64,000 nt of DNA. It comes from Fistulifera solaris. Lineage: Eukaryota. Within the stretch, counting starts at the first letter, position 1; each line of letters opens with the position of its first letter. Made by a program: the position numbers and the translations under genes. The notes under the pieces were generated by a model that searched no databases, was not told the DNA's origin, and saw nothing but the letters and a program-made list of their open reading frames with translations. The DNA lies in the NCBI GenBank assembly GCA_030295235.1, contig AP026157.1, positions 372,001 to 436,000 of the forward strand, read 5' to 3'. Shown here piece after piece: positions 47,404-58,810 of the stretch.

Positions 47404-48963
47404 AAGCCAGGCACATGTGTTTAATCTGCAGCGCTATTCGGCTTTTGTACATTTCATAAATTTATAAAGTTAGTTTTGCTTTTCTTAGCTGATTCTCTAT
47501 TTCGCGAGGAACGTTGTTAATCGTCCGCTCATGATATGCTGCGACAATGTCTACTTTCGAGGGTCAAAGTTACAACGATACGAATCGAGAGCAATAGCTA
47601 TGCTGGGTGATGAATTATTTTGACGTTAGCGCAAGAGCTCTCTTCCGAATAGAACCTATCTCGCTCTCGAACCGTCTACTCTTTTAGATCGTCGGCAAAA
47701 GATGAATACTCAGGCAAATCGGAAAGCTCAGTGAGGTTAATACTTCAAAACAGCTAAATCGTAGCTTCTCGTTTCGACGACGTCGCTTGAAGGACTGTGA
47801 ATCATTTCATTCTCAAACAAGAACTTCCGTTTAAATTGTCGCGAATACCATTCTTTTTATTCCAGTCGATGATAGATGCAACTTTGGTCTCTCCTTACAT
47901 CACATTGTGTCGGTTGAAAACCTGTTGGCTCTATTCAATTGCAGCGATAGCAATCACGACACTCGACGCACGCATGAGCATAGTCGATAGCACAAAATTT
48001 TCTGAAAAGAATCAATTTGCTTTTTGTCAAATCGTTGCGTAAAACAGTGGTTGACTCCATTTCTTGAATTAAACATGATTTCTTATTCGTCTGTCTCCTA
48101 GCAGGCGAATGAGGCGATGCGAAGCGAAAAAATAGGTGCATTATCTTGCTTGCTGATTGCATTCCTAAAAACAAATTTTATAGTCTTTTGCGATCCTCGA
48201 CACTCATTTAAGTATCAAAAATATCCCTTTTATTTCGTTGAAAAGAGAATCAGAATTATAGCAGCGTTCTAAAACGCTCTTTGGGTTCGGCAGCGCTCAT
48301 CCGCTTCATCGATCGAACAGAGAACCTACTACGTTGCTTTTGCTTTCTTGAAGAAAGGACTGTTGCACCAACCAAGCAGTGTGTCGCAATGAGTTGTTAC
48401 TTTTCCTTACTAACAAAGAAATAAGTTTGTTGGTTGATAAGAGAAGGAAGCGCATTCGACAACAACATTATCAGCAGCACCGGGCACCGCAGACACGTTG
48501 CGGTGTAATCGGCGCGGACAATCGTGATTCGAGACATAAACCAGTCTTGTCGAAAAGTAATCTACACATTAGTCTATAGTACCACGTCATTCACCCACTC
48601 GAAAGGATAGTGCGAACCTACTAACATGATCAGCGCGTTACAAATGATGCTGAAAACGATCGAAATGAACTAAGAATAAAGGCTGCTCGTATCAAGCTAT
48701 GAAAAGAGCAAGAATTAGACAATAGTACTATGGGCAGTTGCTCGGATGAATTCATTCAAACAACCAACGTTCCGCGTGTGAGAGCGAGATCCGGTTCTCG
48801 ATACAAAGACAAATGTTTTAGTCAGTTCATTTCTGATGCGTTTGCTACTAAGGCATAAAAGACAACAGCGCAGCACATGCTACGTTTCCAAGCCACGCCG
48901 CAATCAGCAACGATCATCGCGAGTCTCGAATCAGATTTTAGAACAACTCAGATCACCAGTCAT

Positions 48964-51095
48964 CTACAGATTTGGCGCCACCACGCGTATCACTTCTATT
49001 TCGCTGTCGTCGTCATCATCATCATCATCATCATCGACCTTTTCGTCATGCAGTGGAGGCACTTTGTGCATCGAATCACGATTCTCGACAGGAATATCCA
49101 GGCTTCCCATGATAGACGACAGAGTGAGAGGATCCGTCCAGATTTCCTGGTTGCGGTGAAGCTCCAAATCGCGTTCTACTCCCGGTGCAATGTCAGGAAG
49201 CGGCCCAAGTGAAGCTGACTCCGTTGTCGCCTCGTTAGCATCAACGTCCTGGACCGCTGACGTTTTTAGGGACTCGCAGTGCGCCCGAACCTTTCCAAGG
49301 TCGATTTTAATTCTTCATTACTTGTCCACAACATAAAGTATTTTCGTTCCGTAGGGCACCGACACATGAAATGACTGTGACGCAAGCAGCTCACTTTCGA
49401 CTGACTACACTGGCACGCCACTGCCGAAGAAAAGCATACGTGTTTGCAGAAATGACACAAGCGTCGATCATCGTAACTGGCACTCTTTTCGTCAAGTTGG
49501 TCTAAACTGTTGCGAGGAAGCGCAATGACATCTGACACATCACGCACGCCATCATCGCTTAGCTTTTTGCGCAAACGGAGCTCTTCTTCAACAACACGCT
49601 CCAATTCATTCAATAAACGACGGCAGGTTGAGTAGGATTTCACGTCTTCGAGATGATTGGCCATTGTAAAGGTCAGACGGTCCTGCGAGAATACAGCTGG
49701 CCGTCTAAAGGAGCGATAGCGTTCGTTCGCTTCAGAACCATAAGAAATCCAATCAGGAGTTGCAAAGTTCACAGCTTCGCCTACATTCGGGCCAAGACTA
49801 AAGCCAGAATGAAACGCTCTAGGAAACGTAACCTATTACATGAATGATAACAAGGTGAGCCGAGACAGTGTGACATGGATGCGACCCAAACATTGCTTAC
49901 TCACAACAAATTCTCCCTCGTACTGTAATAGCTTACTGACCACCACGTCTGCATGTTGAAGGAGCCGTGGACTAAACATGGTAGTAATGTGATGAAGCAA
50001 ATCCGGATCATCTCTCATTTTCATGGAAAGATAGTTCTTGAAGACACGCTCGAGACCTTCCGCCGCCTTCTTCTCCCCTGGAACACCGTACCACTGCTTG
50101 GGTGCGCCTTTGTGGTGATAGTTGATGCTGTACATGTAGTTATCTTCATTGTGCCAGCAAAATGTCGTAAACAACGAACCAAAATACATCCACGGGCAAT
50201 TGACACCATTGATACCGACTTTGACATACCGCAAAACGCTTCCCGGTGCACTCGGAATATTGTTGAGATTCCACCACGTCTCTTTGTAATAATCTTCCGT
50301 TCCAAATTTCGGTTCCGGCAAATGCATCTTTTCGGCGTTTCGGGTTCCGTGCACACTCCGGCCTCGTTCCGACAGCGGAAAGCCCGATCCAAAGTCATGC
50401 GTATCGACATCGTTCCCGTATTCAACCGCCACTTCTTTCGTGTGCGTCTCAACAACATCCCAGTAATCCCGCTCTAAGTTATCCGGTGTAAATTGTCGAC
50501 GACCTTCGCTCGTGTGACGAGCCAACAAGTCATGATCCGGATAGTGTGTATTCTTCCACGCTTTCGTGCGTTCACTCGAAACCTGCAAATACTCCTTCGC
50601 GGCGTAATCATTGCCATCCCCGAAGCTAACACCTTCTTGCAATCGATGCAGCATTTGCAATTTCGTAGCGAACGTTTTCGGATTTCGATCAATATCAATG
50701 CCTGTAGCGGGGAAACGCGATAGATAAGAGAGAAAGAACTTGAGAGACGAAGAAAGTAGAAATAAAAATAAATGCCTCTCTCACCTGTGAAACTTACCAA
50801 AATAGCGAGAAGGATTCCATCCTTTCGGAGGCACGATCTTACAAATACCGTAACGTTCCGCGACTCCCTGTATCTTGGCAATATAATCCAGCGGATTGCC
50901 TTCCATTTCTTCGACTGTAGGAAAGAAGGCGGGAGCCCACGGAATATGGAGTTTCCCTTGCCGCGTGCGATCGAGTTTGGAATTTTGGATGGCTTGCGCC
51001 AAATAGCGTTCTTCCGTCGCGGTCGCAAATTGAAAGTAACTCGGAGGACGCCTTCGGCGACGCTTTGCGGCGCGGTGATTCGCGGTGCTGCTCAT
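48964..51095 (-). CDS. JmjN-JmjC-C5HC2 histone lysine demethylase (KDM5/JARID-related; no ARID or PHD seen); introns 50702-50797 and 49833-49904, frameshift near 49290
   Basis: JmjN APAFFPT..YGICKIVPP; JmjC PWMYFG..FCWHNED..K.WY and TFPRAFHSGF..EAVNFA; zinc finger CHFCK..C..CQC..CLRH..CRC. Confidence 0.9.
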
Positions 51096-51460
51096 TCTAG
51101 TGAGTTTTTGTTTTATGAAATCAGTAGGATAATAAATGAATTACAAAGGTCGAATAGACATGCAAAGTTGATATCCCAAATGCAAAAAGACTTTAGCGAC
51201 AACTATGACAGGTCCGGCGAAATACGCGTGCAAGTGTGGACTTTTTGCGGCTTCCATTATTTCACCGCCAAAGTCCGCACTGTGTCCGCATGATTGACTA
51301 TGCAGGAAAGTGTTGCTTCTCTCGGAAAAGAATGGCCGTGCGGTATTCGCACAAATCCCAAATCATCCGAACCGAACTTTGGCCAAACGGACAGACGGCA
51401 AATGAAGTCGGACGTCGGCCGGACGCCTCGGACGACGACAGGCAAACCAAAAACACCCTC

Positions 51461-52313
51461 TTCAGAATTTCTGGATGAATCACCGAATGTCTGTAATCTG
51501 GAACTTCCACCAAACCTCTGTGTGAAGCGAAACTTCGACGTGTAGAAAATCTCTCTGTAACGCAAAACAACAAATCCAGATTTTCTGGAACATACACAGA
51601 AATTCTGAATGAATAAAAACACCCATGGTCCAGAATTTCTGGACCAGGCACAATTTTGTGCAACACGAAGATAAACAGTTCCAGAAATTCGGGAACGTCC
51701 ACCAAATCTCTTTGTGTTGCAAATCAACGATTCCAGAATATCTGGAACGTGCAGAAATTGAACTGTGACGCGAATCAACAATTCCAGATTTTCTGGAATA
51801 TACACAGAAATTCTGAATGATTAAAACAACGATGGTCCAGAATTTCTGGACCAGGCACAATTTTGTGCAAGACGAAAATAAACAGTTCCAGAAATTCGGG
51901 AACGTCCACCAAATCTCTTTGTGACGCAAATCCACGATTCCAGAATATCTGGATCGTGCAGAAAAATCTCTCTGTGACGCGAATCAACAATTCCAGATTT
52001 TCTGGAACATACATAGAAATTCTGAATGATTAAAAATACCGATGGTCCAGAATTTCTGGACCAGGCACAATTTTGTGCAACACGAAGATGAACAGTTCCA
52101 GAAACTCGGGAACGTCGACCAAATCTCTTTGTGACGCAAATCCACGATTCCAGAATATCTGGATCGTGCAGAAAATCTCTCTGTGACGCGAATCAACAAT
52201 TCCAGATTTTCTGGACCAGGCACAATTTTGTGCAACACGAAGATAAACAATTCCAAACTCTCGTTTACAAAATCTCTGTTCCATAAAAAGCACTTTTTCC
52301 AGAATTTCTGGAA
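51461..52313. repeat. Second array of the TTCCAGA-WWW-TCTGGAA satellite family, with a 4-monomer ~208-bp higher-order repeat
   Basis: GGTCCAGAATTTCTGGACCAGGCACAATTTTGTGC recurs at 51627, 51834 and 52044. Confidence 0.9.
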
Positions 52314-52410
52314 TTTACTCTTGACTGACTCATGACTTAAATGCAGTTATTGCGAAAATCTCATGTTCTGCCTTTACTGCTGCCAACCACAAACACAAAC
52401 GCAAAGAAAT

Positions 52411-53315
52411 ATGTTATCGATCAATTTAACCATAACATCATTGCTCCTACTTCTGTTAAAACTGCAATCAATTAACAGTTTACATATCCCTATTATTTAC
52501 GAGTCAAAAGATTTCTTGGCGATCAACAAACCATCGGGAATTCCTTATCATTCGACGACCGACGAATTGGGCATCGTAGCACTCGTTCGACAGCAATACA
52601 ATCAAGAACATCCGACAGCGCGATTATACAGTGTTCATCGACTGGATCGAGTGACATCGGGCATCTTGTTGTTGGCGAAAACTCCAGAGGCGGCTCGAGA
52701 ATTAACCCGCTTGTTTCGAGAAAAGAATATTGTCAAATATTATACGGCACTCTCGTATCACAAAGCGACACAGAAAAAGCAGGGATGGATCCAAGGAGGA
52801 ATGGAACGCGGGCGACGCAAGTCGTGGATGTTAGTGCGCGAGTAGTGTTTGCTCAAACGCGATTCTTTAGTGCGGGCTTGGGGCAGTTGAGTGCTGCGGA
52901 TGGTTTGGCTCCATTATCTCTATCCAATTCGAAGGAAACCGCACCTTTGGCACCCCGTACCTTGTTGCTGTTGCGACCGTACACCGGAAAAACGCATCAG
53001 TTGCGTGTCGCTGCAAAAAGTGTTGGCTTACCGCTCGCGGGCGATCCCGTCTACAAGGATCGCTACGATTCATCGGCGACACTAGATCGAACCTATTTGC
53101 ATGCGACTGCTTTGGAGATTCCTGCGTCAAAAGATGATACTTCTATATGTTTCCCAGAAAGCATATCATTGTGGTGCCCGCCGCCGTTTGCACACTTTTG
53201 GCAGAACGAGAAAGAGTTCAACGAGGTTCTACAACGTTTGGTGGACAAGCATTGCGAGTCGGCAGAGCTGCGTGCTCTTTGTCGCGGGCCGTATCACGAA
53301 GAGATCTCGCCATGA
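52411..53315 (+). CDS. RluA-family pseudouridine synthase; frameshift near 52840
   Basis: INKPSG, HRLDRVTSG (catalytic Asp), TGKTHQLRV, GDPVY, YLHA. Confidence 0.9.
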
Positions 53316-54012
53316 AAGGAAATACATCTGAACTGTTACTTTGGTGCTCAGCCGACAGGATCTTTGGAACAGGCATTTCGAAATTTGTGAAAAAGCTCGG
53401 CGTTTGGGAAGTACTTTAGTGATGGCCAGTCGGAGTAGAGGCTACTAGAGGTTTGTCGGTGGTCGGCGGCCGTTCCGCTTGTTATAGCTAAAACACGTGT
53501 TGATGATGGGGTCACGATTGCACGGAAAGTTCTTGGTTCGAATGGCCGATCCATCGGCGGAGCACATCAAGAGAGGACGAGAAAATCACTCTCGGTTCGT
53601 GGCTAGATTGCGCAAAACCACTGTGACGTCATTTTGAGTCGTGAAGTGCTGTCACGCTTACACTCCGAGTACTTTGATACCCTCTTTGTGTACTCAACGA
53701 TTCCCGCGGTGTCTGTCGGTACGGCGCCTTTCTCGTGCCCTTAATTATTGAATACTTATGGATAGGCACGGATCTCCACACAGAAAGTACCAACGAGAGC
53801 GAGCCGACTACAGTAACTATGGTACAAATCCAATCGAACCTTTCGAACGGATATCGGAGACAATTCCGGTGAACCTTGAGCGCACTTTGAGAAATTTCTC
53901 GTTTCACTAAAAGCGTCCGTTCCTTCCTTCATTTGTGCTCACCTCCTTTGAGGCAGTATTGTTTGATTGAATGGAACATCACCTCTGACACCATCACCCC
54001 ATTGATCCAATC

Positions 54013-54657
54013 ATGAAGTTTCCAACGCAACCCCGTAAAAGCCAAAAGCGGCAACAACGAACAGCCAAACCAGAACAGCCACGACGAGAAGACGAAGAAA
54101 TCATCAGTATTTCGTATTCGGATATGTACACGAGTTCCACTGTGGGTGAGCCCGCTTACGATATGGAGGCAGTGCAAGAAACATCCGAACCACAGTCCTC
54201 GATGATGGTGTTTTCTACACTTCATCCGGAGGACACCCCTACCGTAACATCGTTCCCTACCGACGTCCAGAGTATCATTCGCCATCAGCGTTGCACTACA
54301 GAAGAGTTCGAAGTTGTGTTTCGACAAGTTGGAGAAGACTTTACTCCGAAACAAAAGAGTCAGATGCGATTGTTTCAACTACTGACTTCGCCGACGCAGT
54401 CGAGCAATTCTTCCCATGCTCCCAAGAGCGATGAAGACGAACTGGAAACGAGTTGCTTTGGTTCTCCGTGGGAACTTACGGTCTGGACGATTTCAGCTAT
54501 TCTGGTGATTAGCGTGACGGTGATTCTTTGTGCTTTACTTTACAATCGTCGCATCGGTGACGATGCTCCCGTGACGGCTGTCCCCTTTTCGGCTTCCACG
54601 ATACCTCCGCAATGGACTTCAGACGCTTTGAATGTGACGACGACACCGAGTCCATGA
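54013..54657 (+). CDS. Hypothetical single-pass membrane protein
   Basis: 214-aa ORF with one TM helix (WTISAILVISVTVILCALLY). Confidence 0.55.
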   Translation: MKFPTQPRKSQKRQQRTAKPEQPRREDEEIISISYSDMYTSSTVGEPAYDMEAVQETSEPQSSMMVFSTLHPEDTPTVTSFPTDVQSIIRHQRCTTEEFEVVFRQVGEDFTPKQKSQMRLFQLLTSPTQSSNSSHAPKSDEDELETSCFGSPWELTVWTISAILVISVTVILCALLYNRRIGDDAPVTAVPFSASTIPPQWTSDALNVTTTPSP

Positions 54658-55136
54658 AATTTCTGTATGTTTCTATGTATTGTTTCGGAACCTCTGGTCA
54701 GCTACGGAGGTCTGCATGGATTGATTGTTTATTTTTCTAGAAAGGGGTTTATTGTGAGCCCGCGAACTTCACTGAATCTTTTCGCGCGCAAAATCTGCGC
54801 CAAAAAGTGAAGATTTTAGCTCTTTTCTTTCTATAGTAATATTTTAGTTAGACGTTGTTCCAGATTTCTCTTTTCAACGGCTATTTATCTGTTAAATACA
54901 GATACTCTTTGAAGTGTGTTGTGCACGAATAGACGCGTCGCGGGCGCGCACCCAAAGGCCCTGAATTTTCAAAAGCCAAGAAAGCAGAAAGCTGCCGCCC
55001 ACCAAGAAAAAAAATGACTTGAAGCAACAACGCAAAAAGCTTTCCCCGTGCTATCGTTGTCTTTTCTCTCTTTCAAAGCATTGATTTTCGACCGGTTTAC
55101 TTGTCCTTTATCAACGCACTTTACTTATAGATACGA

Positions 55137-56202
55137 ATGACAAATCGACAAACGGCGTTGCCTCTATTTGACGAGCCGACCTTGTCGGATATTTACATGA
55201 GCGACATGGAAGACGACGACGACGATGACTTGAGTGACGATTCGATAGCGAGCTCTGCCGTGTTTCCTGTACAACGGATGTCGCAACAGAATGATGTGTT
55301 GATTGCGGAACTGCCAGCGAAAAGTCTATCCATGATAAAAACCGTGCCAAGTCCGATGAAAACAAGGAATCGCCACCATCGCTCGCGAAGATCACGTCAT
55401 CGTCGACAACAACCGAGTCCTGGAGAAGATCCACCGGGATACGAAGCTTCGAGCACATTGGATTTGACACGCTTTATTTATACGTTACCGGATGTACATG
55501 AAGAAGAACCTTCCAAGGCATCGACGATGCCCAAGGACCCAAAATTCAGTGAATCCACCAACCCGTATGTGCAGCAACGGCGCCTTCATTTGTGTGTCAT
55601 TTTCCTGACTTTCCTGTTCTTGTTGCTGGGGATTACGGTCGCCGTTATCGGTTCGACCATCTATCAAGAAGAGGAAGTCCCAACGGCCACTTCCGCCAGT
55701 GCCGCTCTCGAACAGGAAGATGGTGGTAGTTTACCCGCCGTGCCCATTGATCTCCCGGATAATCTTTTTTAGCGTTCGTCCTCCGTCACTGTCGCCGTCT
55801 CGTGGGGGTACTACATTTCCTTCGGCATTGAAAGATACCATTGCACTAACCGCCATGCCTACGTTGCGTGTATCCGAAGTAACTCCACCCATGGCGCCTC
55901 CTAGTATGCGGCCAACAATACGACCGACTCGAACACCCACCATTCAATCCACAGACCCACCTTCGTCGCCGCCGATCTTGGAACCTTTGGAAGTGCAAGT
56001 GTCTCCACCGTCGCGACCACCCACACGCTCATCTTTGACGGCCCGTCCGACACCGGTTCGATCGTTCGCTCCGACCCCCAGACGCGTTGAGTGGACGCCA
56101 GCGCCCGTAGAAGAGACGTTTGAACCCACGGTACCCGCCAAGAAACCAAAAGGAGAAAAAACGGCAATAAGGTTTAGTAGGATATGCTTTCTTTGTTTCT
56201 AG
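55137..56202 (+). CDS. Hypothetical single-pass membrane protein with P/T-rich ectodomain; probable frameshift in the T-run near 55770; 3' end uncertain
   Basis: TM helix LCVIFLTFLFLLLGITVAVIG, continuing into the PT-repeat ORF 55699-56202. Confidence 0.5.
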
Positions 56203-56578
56203 ACTCATCATTGCGGAAAATGATTGCCCATTTGAAGTCGAACGTCACAACCGCTTTATCACCATGGTTACTGCTCATCGGAGAATGCCTTTGTTGACGA
56301 TTCAGCCGTTCTGGAGCTTCCTCCTTGTTTGTGGCTCAAATTTTGGAATCTCGTGTGTGCCAATTTCGGGATCATGTGTGTGCAATTTTCAGGCTCGATT
56401 AACTATTACGACATGCTATCCATTCACTAAAGATTCGCTATGACAGAAGTGCTTCGTCGAAAACGAATGCTACCAAGTACCCACAAAATTTCGATTGCAG
56501 CAATGGCTGAAGCCTGGCTTTCATTATCAGCCGAAGGAGACGTCCTGCTGATTATGTTAACTGTTTCTATTTTTAATT

Positions 56579-58153
56579 TTATTTTGGCCAGTATTGCCCG
56601 TTCAATACTTCATATGCGTACTCTTTTCCGTAATACTCACTTTTGAATTTCACGATGGTGGGTTCGATGGGATCTCCATAATAAGCAACTGAGAACACCT
56701 GTCTATATGTACGTGGCCAATATGTGGTCCCCCACTTAAATCTTCCATCAGAGTAATAAATTTTGAGGGACAAACGTTGAGTAGATGTTGGAGATGTTTT
56801 GAAACATCTCGTTGTTACATGGAACCATAACATTCGACTGTTGACGGGCGAAGGTAGAATGACAATACTTTCAATGATGCCCGGCTCCGATTGATCGACT
56901 ACATGAGTTCCCATATCATAGTCGGAGAGCATGCCTGGAACAGTGGCCCCTGTCACTGTAGCTACCGTTGAAAAGTCAAAAGTAGGAAAAATAGAGGCTT
57001 GCAAGTTCCAGCGAGTTGCTGTAAATGGCTGTGGTGGCGTAATCTCCTTGCAAAGCTCTCCGACAGCATTAATAGCAGTTTCTATCACCGTACATGCTTT
57101 TTCGGCCTTATCGAGGGCCCTCCTGCAGGCAGCCGCAATGAGAATTCCTTCTCCCGTAGGTCCAGCTGCCAGCAAGTCGATAGCTGCCCCGATTGCTACG
57201 CATGTTGTAGTTTTAAAGGTTTCAAGTTCAAGTGCGGTGCAAGTGAGGTCCACGACGTCAAGAGCAAGTTCGCAAACTTCCTCCACAGCTGTTGTATCGT
57301 CTTCCGTCTGGACATTGATCCAGAAATAATATTTGCCATTGGAGGGTGTACCCCACACGCAACCGTCTTTTGTGTAAGATTGTGAGTCTTCTGAGAGTTC
57401 GTAACAAAGACGAAGATTTGCGTCGGTGTACGGTTCACCACACTTGATGATTTGAAGCACGACACGTCGATAACCAGATGAAGTATCAGCGCTTCTAACA
57501 ACACTGTCTTCCAACACCTCGAATTCGAGTGTATCCCCTTCCTTGGCATCGCTCGGACTTTGAGAAACAAATCCATCAGGTTGCAAATTCACCGTCAAGT
57601 CAGCGGTACGCGAAGTGATGTTCGACGACGAAACTCGATTCGGGCCTTCCGTGTTCAACGATGTTGCGTATCGCGTACCGTTGATCTCCACTGCAATATC
57701 AGCCTCGTTAAGAGAAGTCCAGTTAATATCCAGGATGAAATCTTCCGCGGTGTTTGAAACTCTGCCAATGCGTCCGCTCTCATCAACACGCAAATTCACT
57801 AAGTCGGAATCGCCGCCGACAAAGAAATCAGTGACCGTGCTTGCGGTGCCGTTGGTGTTCTTCGTTCCGTGAATCTCAATCTTATCTCCCTCGTATGTTG
57901 TCGAAAGTATCTTGCTTCCTGGACCTGAATCGAAAGTAAAGTCGTTAACATCGATCTTCTCTTCCTTCTCTTCCTTGTCGCGAGGACCCTTGAAAAAGTA
58001 GCTACGATCTAAGAAGATGGAGTCCGCCGCTGCATTCGTTGAGTAAGCCGAAAACTGCGCGACCCCTTTCAACACAAGCAGCGCAGTAGTTACGACCCCG
58101 AACAGGAGCGCAAAGCGGCCTGCATTGTAGAACTCACGTGTCGTGTTTGTCAT
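56579..58153 (-). CDS. Hypothetical membrane-anchored protein with a six-Cys helical module
   Basis: Intronless 524-aa ORF with an N-terminal TM helix, beta-rich regions and a Cys-bracketed hydrophobic hairpin. Confidence 0.65.
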   Translation of the reverse strand: MTNTTREFYNAGRFALLFGVVTTALLVLKGVAQFSAYSTNAAADSIFLDRSYFFKGPRDKEEKEEKIDVNDFTFDSGPGSKILSTTYEGDKIEIHGTKNTNGTASTVTDFFVGGDSDLVNLRVDESGRIGRVSNTAEDFILDINWTSLNEADIAVEINGTRYATSLNTEGPNRVSSSNITSRTADLTVNLQPDGFVSQSPSDAKEGDTLEFEVLEDSVVRSADTSSGYRRVVLQIIKCGEPYTDANLRLCYELSEDSQSYTKDGCVWGTPSNGKYYFWINVQTEDDTTAVEEVCELALDVVDLTCTALELETFKTTTCVAIGAAIDLLAAGPTGEGILIAAACRRALDKAEKACTVIETAINAVGELCKEITPPQPFTATRWNLQASIFPTFDFSTVATVTGATVPGMLSDYDMGTHVVDQSEPGIIESIVILPSPVNSRMLWFHVTTRCFKTSPTSTQRLSLKIYYSDGRFKWGTTYWPRTYRQVFSVAYYGDPIEPTIVKFKSEYYGKEYAYEVLNGQYWPK

Positions 58154-58810
58154 CGTGATTATTTAGCGTTAGGAGCGGTGTTTGAGAGTAAAAAGAGGAA
58201 ATAAACTTGCACAATGAGCACTGATATTGTTTTTGCGATGAATGAAATAATGAAATGCACATTGCGCTGTACGAGTAAGGTTACGTAGTAGTAACCTTAA
58301 ACCTTACAGGGTACATCGGCTTTTGTAGCTTGCCTACAGAAGACACCACAGTACTGTAAAACAATACTACGGAGTACGTACTACGAGTAAGACATTCAGT
58401 CACGGACGTCGTGGACTTACCAGTTATCCGGGTTCTCCTCTGTCGATAAATTTCCTTAGCAGAGCTACGTGAAATTACATAGACATTCGAAGCGTTGGAT
58501 CATTCGTTCCATCATCGTTTTGTTTTCAAATCGTGGGCGACTCTTGCGTTCTGCTACGATACGAAGCAATTACGGTGGGCATCATGAAAGGGCTAGTCTA
58601 TTGTTTCACGCTTTGCAATTTTGCAGGCGAGACGTGTGAGTATCAGTCAAGGATACATCATCATCTTCTTTTGCATCGCTGAAGAACGCTAACCTTATCC
58701 ATTAACTGTTATCGGCCCCTCGTTTTTCTCCTGCATCGTCGTCCACTTTTATGACATCGAAAGAACGAAGCAAACACCTCTTCTTCTTATGCTCCTCTTA
58801 TCTGATTAAT

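Noticed and set aside
51236..52293. ORFs over the second satellite
   Set aside because: They are translations of tandem repeats with no protein-like features.
9790..58358. TACAGTA/TACTGTA as mariner footprints
   Set aside because: The roughly nine copies noticed are close to chance expectation for a 7-mer.
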